DNA of 47,702 bases from Paludibacteraceae bacterium (GTDB taxonomy: Bacteria > Bacteroidota > Bacteroidia > Bacteroidales > Paludibacteraceae). A program made the translations under genes and the position numbers. Location: positions 1 through 47,702 of the forward strand of contig JAKSNM010000001.1 in the NCBI GenBank assembly GCA_024399785.1. The letters are read 5' to 3'. Positions 20,122 through 26,884 of the stretch are shown piece by piece (within the stretch, counting starts at the first letter, position 1; every line of letters begins with the position of its first letter). A model generated the notes under the pieces. That model was not told the origin of the DNA and made no database searches. It saw only the letters and a list, made by a program, of their open reading frames with translations.

Positions 20122-21183
20122 ATGAGTGAATCGTTAAAAGATAAGATTGATGCGCTGCGTCAACAAGCTTTGGCTTTACAAGCCAACAATGCTGCCGACC
20201 TGGAGGCCTTGCGTCAGAAATACCTAAGTAAAAAAGGCGAAGTGAGCCAGCTGTTTGACCTTTTCCGTACCTTCCCCAAGGAGGAAAAAGCCCAATGGGG
20301 TGCGCCTCTTAACCAACTCAAGCAGCTCTACGAGACCCGCATCAATGAGCTGCGCGAAGCGGTAACTGCGCATTGTGCATCGTCCACCGTCAGCCTCGAC
20401 CTTACCCGCACCCCTGACCCAGTCTCGATGGGTTCGCGTCATCCTTTGTCGCTGGTGCGAGAGCAGATCATCGATATCTTCTCACGAATAGGATTCACGG
20501 TAGCAGATGGTCCCGAGGTGGAGGACGACCAGCATGTGTTTGGTATGCTCAATTTTGCCCCCGAGCACCCTGCTCGCGATATGCAGGATACGTTCTTTGT
20601 AGAGAAAGAGGAGGGCGTGCAAAAGCCTACGGATATACTGCTGCGCACCCACACATCCAGTGTGCAGACCCGTGCGCTCACGGCGTGGGCTAAGTCGGGT
20701 GAACCGTCGCTGCGTATTCTGTGCCCGGGTCGTGTGTTCCGCAACGAGGCTATCTCGGCGCGTGCGCACTGTTTCTTCCACCAGGTTGAGGGACTGTATG
20801 TGGCTAAGGATGTGTCGTTTGCCGATTTGAGACAGACCCTGTTGTATTTTGCCAAGGAGATGTTTGGTGCGGACACGCAGATTCGTTTGCGTCCGTCTTA
20901 TTTCCCATTCACGGAGCCCAGTGCTGAGATGGATATATCGTGCGATTTGTGTGGAGGTAAGGGCTGTGCTTTCTGCAAGGGTACAGGTTGGGTAGAGATA
21001 CTGGGTTGCGGTATGGTAGATCCTAATGTGCTGGAGAGTTGTGGCATAGATAGTAAGGTCTATTCGGGCTATGCTTTCGGCATGGGTGTGGAGCGTATTG
21101 CCAACCTCAAGTACCGTGTCAAGGACCTTCGCCTCTTCTCCGAGAACGACCTCCGCTTCCTCCAGCAATTCGAAAGTTGCTAA
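20122..21183 (+). CDS. pheS: phenylalanine--tRNA ligase alpha subunit
   Basis: ORF 20044-21183. Start moved to ATG 20122 (MSESLKDKIDALRQQ...). Class II aaRS motifs are present ('FRNE', 'GMGVERI'). Confidence 0.93.
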   Translation: MSESLKDKIDALRQQALALQANNAADLEALRQKYLSKKGEVSQLFDLFRTFPKEEKAQWGAPLNQLKQLYETRINELREAVTAHCASSTVSLDLTRTPDPVSMGSRHPLSLVREQIIDIFSRIGFTVADGPEVEDDQHVFGMLNFAPEHPARDMQDTFFVEKEEGVQKPTDILLRTHTSSVQTRALTAWAKSGEPSLRILCPGRVFRNEAISARAHCFFHQVEGLYVAKDVSFADLRQTLLYFAKEMFGADTQIRLRPSYFPFTEPSAEMDISCDLCGGKGCAFCKGTGWVEILGCGMVDPNVLESCGIDSKVYSGYAFGMGVERIANLKYRVKDLRLFSENDLRFLQQFESC

Positions 21184-21710
21184 AGCCACGTTTTCAGTAT
21201 TATCTCCCCGATTTTGCCAACTACCAACAGCCAAAAGAGTAGTGTACACCACTTGTAGAAGGGCGGGATGTACCTCACCTCTTTGGCTACTTCTACTGGT
21301 TTGTAAATAGTGGTTGTATCATTGTGTATCACGGTATCTATGCTGTTGTGCCATCTGTCGCGCCAATGCTCAATGACTTTGTTTTGAAAGACCGTGTCAC
21401 CTTCGTGCCACCTATCTACCCAAATGCTATCACGGATAAATACACTATCGCGTTCTATGCTGCGGTGATCACTGCTTGTGTTGGTGATAGTGTCCTGCGG
21501 TACCACATATTTGGTAGGTGCGCAACCGACTAGCACAAACATCATCAACCATGGGTACAATTTCCAGAACTTTTGTACCTTTATTTTGAACTCCTCAAAG
21601 CGATTTTGCTTGCGTGGTGATTTATCTTGCACCCAATCTTCCATGGCGGCTAGTTGCCGTTGGCTTGGGCATAGGCGACTGCCTGTGAAATGTTCTTGCT
21701 TGTAATACAT
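21180..21710 (-). CDS. lipoprotein with C-terminal TM helix (unimolecular-spanin-like architecture)
   Basis: Lipobox MMFVLVGC after a K-rich n-region, and a C-terminal hydrophobic helix WCTLLFWLLVVGKIGEIIL. Sits directly downstream of the holin-like gene. Its stop overlaps the pheS stop (convergent). Confidence 0.35.
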   Translation of the reverse strand: MYYKQEHFTGSRLCPSQRQLAAMEDWVQDKSPRKQNRFEEFKIKVQKFWKLYPWLMMFVLVGCAPTKYVVPQDTITNTSSDHRSIERDSVFIRDSIWVDRWHEGDTVFQNKVIEHWRDRWHNSIDTVIHNDTTTIYKPVEVAKEVRYIPPFYKWCTLLFWLLVVGKIGEIILKTWL

Positions 21711-21742
21711 ATAGTCAATTTACAAATTTACAAATTTACAAA

Positions 21743-21937
21743 TTATCTATTATCCTTATATCTATAGTGGTAGTCGATGCCGAACAAACTGCCAGCAAAG
21801 GTCAGTATCTCCCCGAAAGCGATTAGCATACTGGTATGCACCTCGCCTTTGGGGTCGATGTATATGCAAATAAATATCATTACGATACCTGCGGTACACA
21901 TCACTACGGCTAATATGAGTTGTATGTTCTGTTTCAT
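21743..21937 (-). CDS. holin-like small membrane protein (2 TM, charged C-tail)
   Basis: 64 aa with two hydrophobic helices (IQLILAVVMCTAGIVMIFICIYI; MLIAFGEILTFAGSLFGI) and a tail DYHYRYKDNR. Lies in the same minus-strand gene string as the muralytic gene at 22954-23400, separated from it by the two paralogs. Confidence 0.45.
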   Translation of the reverse strand: MKQNIQLILAVVMCTAGIVMIFICIYIDPKGEVHTSMLIAFGEILTFAGSLFGIDYHYRYKDNR

Positions 21938-21982
21938 AATAGAGAGAAAGAGGGGTGTTCAGCCCCTCTATCCCGATGAGGA

Positions 21983-22327
21983 TTAATCCTCTTGTGCGGC
22001 ATCGTAAGCCTGGATGCAGACTGCCCACAGATACTTGGTAAGAGTTGGGTAGGTGCTTTGGGCCTTGAAGGCTGCTTGGTCTGCGCTACGCTGCGACACG
22101 TCTTTGCGACGAGTAGCCACCATTGCTTGGATGGTTTTGAAGCGAGAGCGGGCCGTAATCTCGGCGGTGGAAAGTGGCTTGTTGGTCAAGTCACGAGTGC
22201 CGTATTGCACGCTAAAGGGCTTACGCTCGCCTTTGGCGTTTTTTGCACTGCGGCAGTTCGCACCGAATTTGCCTTTCAATTTGCCGTGTACCTCTTCGAT
22301 GGGGTACGCAAATACTAGTTTTGCCAT
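21983..22327 (-). CDS. hypothetical protein, paralog A (114 aa)
   Basis: MAK..., 'HGKLKGK', 'ARSRF', 'FKAQS'. Shares this layout with the 22520-22867 product. Confidence 0.55.
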   Translation of the reverse strand: MAKLVFAYPIEEVHGKLKGKFGANCRSAKNAKGERKPFSVQYGTRDLTNKPLSTAEITARSRFKTIQAMVATRRKDVSQRSADQAAFKAQSTYPTLTKYLWAVCIQAYDAAQED

Positions 22328-22468
22328 AATCGTTTATCGGTTGTAGAGACCGAAACTTTTTAGCGGGTTAATATTCTGCTCTTGGCGAAACTTTCTACGC
22401 GCTCGCCGAAAGTTGCCTTGAGACCACTATCATTTCCTTTACCCTCGTTGATAGGTTTACGAGTTTTG

Positions 22469-22519
22469 TCTAAACAGGCGTCAGCCGTCTAAACCCTAAA
22501 CAGCGAAGCGTCTAAACCC
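22469..22519. repeat. two copies of the dispersed repeat (TCTAAACAGGCGTCAGCCGTCTAAAC + CCTAAACAGCGAAGCGTCTAAACCC)
   Basis: Read directly. Ends exactly at the stop codon (22520-22522) of paralog B. Confidence 0.85.
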
Positions 22520-22867
22520 TTAAGCGTTCAACGCCTCGATTTCCTTTTTCAAAATCCAGTTGTACAACGTACCACCGAATTTTGGGTTGGCATCGTACTG
22601 GGCTTTGTAGGTCTGCAACTTGGTGTAGTTGCCTTGGTCGGTGTCCGTGGACTTAGCCGCTAGGATGGCTTTGGCTGCCGTCACTGCGGTGCTGAAATTG
22701 CTGCGTACAGCCATTTGGTCCTCACTTGGCTCACCGCTAAATGGGTTGCAAAGTTTACCCGTACTTACTGCGCCACTGCGCTTGTTGGTGCGGAAATACA
22801 CATCGCTATGCATACATACTTTGCCGCTCATACTCTCTACGAGAGCCATTGGTTTGATTTTTGCCAT
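22520..22867 (-). CDS. hypothetical protein, paralog B (115 aa)
   Basis: MAK..., 'SGKVC', 'VRSNF', 'YKAQY'. Collinear weak similarity to the 21983-22327 product. Confidence 0.55.
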   Translation of the reverse strand: MAKIKPMALVESMSGKVCMHSDVYFRTNKRSGAVSTGKLCNPFSGEPSEDQMAVRSNFSTAVTAAKAILAAKSTDTDQGNYTKLQTYKAQYDANPKFGGTLYNWILKKEIEALNA

Positions 22868-22953
22868 AATTTGTAGTGTTTTTTCTTATTGCTCATTACC
22901 TATTTTATGCCACTTTCTTTTGTTAGTCGGGTGGCACTTTACGACTGTATAGT

Positions 22954-23400
22954 TTATGTGTACTTTTTCTTGTACTCTTTCTCGGTTTGTTCTCGTGGCA
23001 CGAAAGCGTCAAAGGCTTTTTCGAGTGAGGACTGATAATCTTCAACACCTGCACCGCTTTCGATGTGAGCCATTGCCCATACAATATCACGGAGACGTCG
23101 GTCGTGATTGCTGAGTGTCTCGTTTCCTCCCATATTGGTAGCCATACACACAAATTGTATATATTTTTCGGTATTATTGCCGTCTGTAGGAGGAGCAAAG
23201 CGAGTAATAATTTTTCTAATTGTATTACAACCATGTTTTAATATATATGTTTCTATTGTCAGTAGTGCTGCGCGGAAGCCGTACTCCATTGAGATGAATT
23301 GTTCAAATGCGCCATCGTTGTTCACCAGCACTTTGCCTTTCCAGTTGTTGTTGCTGATGCGGATGTTCAAAGGATTGTTGTTGCGTATTCCTCTAGTCAT
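22954..23400 (-). CDS. phage-type muralytic enzyme-like protein ('structural protein P5'-like, RNNNPxNIR family)
   Basis: The N-terminal MTRGIRNNNPLNIR...W.G......D..F..F.S.EYG.RA motif is, from memory, the signature of a prophage-associated family annotated as P5-like lytic proteins. Confidence 0.5.
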   Translation of the reverse strand: MTRGIRNNNPLNIRISNNNWKGKVLVNNDGAFEQFISMEYGFRAALLTIETYILKHGCNTIRKIITRFAPPTDGNNTEKYIQFVCMATNMGGNETLSNHDRRLRDIVWAMAHIESGAGVEDYQSSLEKAFDAFVPREQTEKEYKKKYT

Positions 23401-23427
23401 AGCTTTGTGTTTTTTTTAATTACGCTG

Positions 23428-23435
23428 CAAATATA
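23428..23435 (-). promoter_or_regulatory. -7 box (TATATTTG) for the minus-strand lysis-type operon
   Basis: CAAATATA on the plus strand, ~28 nt upstream of ATG 23400. Confidence 0.5.
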
Positions 23436-23531
23436 ACACCTGAAATTAATCTGTCCAATAGTAAAACGCAAAAAAGTGCAAAAAAAGTGCATTTTTCTGC
23501 TTTTTTTCTTGTTTTTTCCAAAAATTCTTTG

Positions 23532-23539
23532 TAACTTTG
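23532..23539 (+). promoter_or_regulatory. -7 box (TAACTTTG) for the plus-strand island operon
   Basis: TAnnTTTG followed immediately by the palindrome CCAGTTtagAACTGG (23543-23557). Confidence 0.55.
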
Positions 23540-23591
23540 CAGCCAGTTTAGAACTGGAGCAGCAAAGGTGCTTAGAGCACACCAGAAAATT

Positions 23592-24050
23592 ATGCAAGTC
23601 TTCCAACTCATAGAGCAAATGATTAGCAACCACACATGGCTGCCACTTTGCGCTATATCCGATGATGCCGCCACAAAGAACATCCAATACTCCATCTATA
23701 AACTCGTACAAGAGCAAGAACCCAAACGCTCCTATGGTTATCGTGTACGAATATGTAATTCTGCGAACAATCGTGTGAAAATCATAGGGGGGGGGTATTC
23801 GTACTTACAGACCCTGACCAAATCAAGCGTGCTGTGGCTGCTATGGAGCGCGTTATCCCTGACTTCCTGTAAACCTATCTATATCTGCACAGGCTCTTCC
23901 GCCTATGCTTACCACCGCGACTCTACGTGTGTGGGGCTTACCCAGTGCAAGGGCGAAATCAAACAAGTAGATTACTACGATATTTTTCGCACGAGGCACA
24001 AGTGCCGTTTCTGCTACCAGTTTAGAACTGGAGCAACAAAATCCCAATAA
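23592..24050 (+). CDS. hypothetical protein: possible HTH-like N-terminus + hydrophobic segment + Cys-rich C-terminal domain; frame depends on a G9 tract
   Basis: First ATG after the promoter. G9 at 23787-23795. The C-terminal 'Y.YH.DS.C.GL..C.G.I..V.......R..C..C' motif matches a common small secreted Bacteroidota domain. Confidence 0.4.
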   Translation: MQVFQLIEQMISNHTWLPLCAISDDAATKNIQYSIYKLVQEQEPKRSYGYRVRICNSANNRVKIIGGGYSYLQTLTKSSVLWLLWSALSLTSCKPIYICTGSSAYAYHRDSTCVGLTQCKGEIKQVDYYDIFRTRHKCRFCYQFRTGATKSQ

Positions 24051-24107
24051 AAAAATATCCTAGAAGATTGGACTTTTACCACGTCCAATGTTTGGTCTAA
24101 AAAAGTG

Positions 24108-24115
24108 TACTTTTG
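24108..24115 (+). promoter_or_regulatory. internal -7 box (TACTTTTG)
   Basis: TAnnTTTG ~85 nt upstream of ATG 24200, preceded by a 6-bp hairpin (24068-24088). Confidence 0.45.
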
Positions 24116-24199
24116 CACCGTCATTCAGTATTTGAGTGGCGGTGTTTTCTTGTTTACCCCCGCAAGACTGCATCGTTTTCGTGGGGTCAAGTAAACGTT

Positions 24200-24454
24200 A
24201 TGCTAAAACCTATTTTCAAACTAAAGAACTTAAATTGTTCTGCTCTCAACTACTCTTTAGAGGGTATCTTAAAATCCGCATGTGACGATGCGCTGCAACG
24301 TGGCTCTGCTGATGGTCTTAATTTCGTCAAGTTTATTGTCGAAAACACCGACCTTAATCTACAAGGCGCACAGGAGCGGCTAAAAACATCCATCATGCTT
24401 TACAACCAACTCACTCCCGAACAACTTGCCGAAATCCGCAAAGAAGATGAGTAG
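24200..24454 (+). CDS. hypothetical protein (84 aa)
   Basis: ORF 24113-24454. Start moved to ATG 24200 because the extension begins inside the promoter box. No recognisable family. Confidence 0.5.
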   Translation: MLKPIFKLKNLNCSALNYSLEGILKSACDDALQRGSADGLNFVKFIVENTDLNLQGAQERLKTSIMLYNQLTPEQLAEIRKEDE

Positions 24455-24508
24455 TGACTATTTTGAGCGTGTTGATTACGATTATCAACACACCGACCTA
24501 GAACGCTA

Positions 24509-24529
24509 TCTAAACAGCGCAGCGTCTAA
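24509..24529. repeat. single copy of the dispersed repeat (TCTAAACAGCGCAGCGTCTAA)
   Basis: Read directly. Followed by an 8-bp-period CAATTAAC/CAATTAAA/CAATTTAC leader up to ATG 24559. Confidence 0.85.
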
Positions 24530-24558
24530 TCAATTAACCAATTAAACAATTTACAACT

Positions 24559-25035
24559 ATGTTTACATTTCAATCCATCAATTTGAATCTATTAACTGTT
24601 CCCCAAGAGGATATCACCAACCAAATTATTATGTCTCTTTCTATTCCTTCTCTTACTCCACTAGAGCGTTACGCCATTGCCAGCCAACTCGCCAAGGCAG
24701 CTGCTGAAGCAGCCAAGCAGCTATCTAACGATGGCATCGACTTTGCGCTGGATAAAGACAACGGCTGTCAGCCGCTAGCAGGCGAGGGTAAGCAGTTCGC
24801 CCACAACGGCAAGATTTACCAAATCCAGTTTGTCAATGATTACAACTACAACCAAGGTGACGAGCATGGCAAACAGTGGTGCAACATCATCAGTCAAATA
24901 GACGAACTCGAAAGCCGCAAGAAAGCACTTACCAAGAATAAGAAAGGTATAGAGGCAATTATCCTAGACGAACACCCACGTCTGCAACCAACCAAGACCA
25001 CGATTAGTCTCAAATATATTTCTTCTAAATCATGA
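24559..25035 (+). CDS. hypothetical protein (158 aa)
   Basis: Clean ORF whose stop overlaps the next start (ATGA). No recognisable family. Confidence 0.55.
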   Translation: MFTFQSINLNLLTVPQEDITNQIIMSLSIPSLTPLERYAIASQLAKAAAEAAKQLSNDGIDFALDKDNGCQPLAGEGKQFAHNGKIYQIQFVNDYNYNQGDEHGKQWCNIISQIDELESRKKALTKNKKGIEAIILDEHPRLQPTKTTISLKYISSKS

Positions 25036-25343
25036 TAAACCCTTTGGAACGAAAGCGCACTGATATGGCCCTAAATCTTTTTGGGGCTGTATCGGTTATC
25101 CTTAATGGGTCACAACTCAATCCTGATGACAAGCGGTATCTTATTGAGCAGTTGGTAAAGTACCATGTGTATTATTACCGGTATTTTGAGAATATACACG
25201 AGAGTGGGTGTCCATCTAATATACTTAATCAATTGGCACTTAAAGCTAAGACCGCCAAGAGCAATATAGTGGGATTTTATAATATACACCACGAAATACC
25301 ACAAGTCGCAATCAGTAAACTTTTCCCCAATGATGACAACTAG
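25032..25343 (+). CDS. hypothetical protein (103 aa)
   Basis: Translationally coupled to both neighbours. No recognisable family. Confidence 0.5.
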   Translation: MINPLERKRTDMALNLFGAVSVILNGSQLNPDDKRYLIEQLVKYHVYYYRYFENIHESGCPSNILNQLALKAKTAKSNIVGFYNIHHEIPQVAISKLFPNDDN

Positions 25344-25812
25344 CCCAGTCCTTCTCCGTGACTACCAACTGGAAGCGGAGTTCTTTGCCGCCAACCCCGA
25401 TTGCGACAATGTGCGCATTGCCCATTGCAGGCGACATCTAGACCGTTGTGGTATGTATTACGACCGTAGCGGTATAATATGTTATATTTTTGTTCCGACT
25501 CTAAGTCGGTGGAAACGGCAAAAAATACATCTAAGTAACAACCCCGCTGCACATGTACCTTATAAGTCGGTGGAATATATTGCAGGTGGTAAAACAATGC
25601 GCATCTGTCTCCACCACGAGATAACAGACATCTTTTTGCCAAATGTTGATTTTACCAAAACACAGGTAGATCATATCAATGGTGACCACCTAGACAATCG
25701 TGCCGAGAACCTGGAACGTGTCACACCTGAGGAGAATATCCGCCGTAGATGGTACAACTACTACCTCAAACGAGGGCTACCTATACCTGCCAAATTTCAA
25801 TTAACCAATTAG
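25330..25812 (+). CDS. HNH endonuclease (phage HNH_3-like)
   Basis: 'VDHINGDHLDNRAENLERVTPEENIRRR' is the H-N-(N/H) motif in the typical phage-type context. Confidence 0.8.
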   Translation: MMTTSPVLLRDYQLEAEFFAANPDCDNVRIAHCRRHLDRCGMYYDRSGIICYIFVPTLSRWKRQKIHLSNNPAAHVPYKSVEYIAGGKTMRICLHHEITDIFLPNVDFTKTQVDHINGDHLDNRAENLERVTPEENIRRRWYNYYLKRGLPIPAKFQLTN

Positions 25813-25817
25813 CAATT

Positions 25818-25973
25818 ATGATTATAAAATCCAACACTCCACTTGAATTAAAAATCCTTTTATCAAACAATGCACCTGTTTATATGCGCTACTATAAACG
25901 TGGAAAAATAGCGGTTTGCCGCAAGCCATCTTGCACAATTGAGCAGGTTGAAAACTTTTTATACAGCCGATGA
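25818..25973 (+). CDS. hypothetical small protein (51 aa)
   Basis: ATG 25818 follows the leader CAATTAACCAATTAGCAATT, the same leader word as at 24531. No family recognised. Confidence 0.4.
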   Translation: MIIKSNTPLELKILLSNNAPVYMRYYKRGKIAVCRKPSCTIEQVENFLYSR

Positions 25974-26022
25974 ACTTACATAACGAACAGTGAACGAACA
26001 ACCAACGAAACGTTAACGAACA

Positions 26023-26604
26023 ATGTTAGGCTCTTTTTACCGCATAGAAATAGGCACTTGCACCACCTTGCACCTTCATGGCAGCGAGGCTATGGTGTAT
26101 AGTGCCTTGCTCTATCTTTGCAAAAACACACCCTACACAGGCTCTGCTACTGAATTAGCCGATTTCTCTTGTTGTGGTACTAAATACACAGCCCTTCGTA
26201 TGCTGGATAGACTAGAAGAAAAAGGTTTAATTATTAAGAGTGCAGATGGTATTTCTTTGGTGCAAAATGCAACGGCATCGGTGCAAAATGCAACAGCATC
26301 GGTGCAAAATGCAACGGCATCGGTGCAAAATGCAACGATTTTAAGAGAAAGAACCAAAGAGAATATAAAAGAGAATAATAAAGAGAGTGTGGGTGATAAC
26401 ACGCACACACGCACGTTGGTTTTTGATAAAAATAAAATTTTTGAGCCGCCTATATGGAAAGATTGGGAAGCCTTTGCACGCGAACACAAAATAGAATTGC
26501 TAGTGTATCAAAAAGCGTGGTGTTACTACATGATGCGGGGTTGGAAAGATGTGCAGGACTGGAAGGCCGCACTCATGTACTGGGATTTGAAAAACAAAAC
26601 ATAA
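26023..26604 (+). CDS. winged-helix replication-initiator/replisome-organizer-like protein
   Basis: N-terminal wHTH-like region (..EAMVYSALLYLCKN...GSATELADFSCCGTKYTALRMLDRLEEKGLI). Linker of VQNATAS x3.5. Trp-rich C-terminus 'W.DWEAFA......Y.KAW.YY..RGW'. Confidence 0.5.
   Translation: MLGSFYRIEIGTCTTLHLHGSEAMVYSALLYLCKNTPYTGSATELADFSCCGTKYTALRMLDRLEEKGLIIKSADGISLVQNATASVQNATASVQNATASVQNATILRERTKENIKENNKESVGDNTHTRTLVFDKNKIFEPPIWKDWEAFAREHKIELLVYQKAWCYYMMRGWKDVQDWKAALMYWDLKNKT
26259..26339 (+). repeat. 3.9 tandem copies of the 21-bp unit GGTGCAAAATGCAACGGCATC (iteron-like), followed by an AT-rich tract to ~26400
   Basis: Copies at 26259, 26280, 26301 and 26322, read directly. They lie inside the initiator-like ORF. 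Confidence 0.9.
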
Positions 26605-26884
26605 TCACCTATTCGGACGCCGCCTTGCTTCGCAATTCCCCCGAATGGGTTGTTTAGCGTTCACGAAAATAAGCCATAAAAACGTGCCACTAGGCGCACG
26701 CCTTAAATAGCCGTTTTTTTATCGTCTTTTGTGTGTAAACACCCACAGCCGCTATAAAAAACATCTATTTATAGATTAAAAATCTATTTCGTGGCACTTT
26801 TTTTAGGCTTATTTTGAACTTTTATTTACCTATTCCGAATCTCTACAACTCACCTCCGATTCTCTTCTCCTCACCGAGCACACC

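Larger units (their letters stand above)
21184..26830. mobile_element. phage-derived island / cryptic element remnant (no integrase seen)
   Basis: Small unknown genes, a lysis-type cassette, an HNH endonuclease and an initiator-like gene with internal iterons. The plus-strand half is lower in GC by eye. The right edge abuts a 5'-truncated TolC-family gene. Confidence 0.45.

Noticed and set aside
20482-21252. A 256-aa minus-strand ORF.
   Set aside because: It is antisense to pheS, so it is a shadow ORF.
23397-23717. A 106-aa minus-strand ORF spanning the island's divergent promoter region.
   Set aside because: It would have to be read through both -7 boxes and the A/T-rich control region. 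It overlaps the better-supported plus-strand ORF and its composition is poor.
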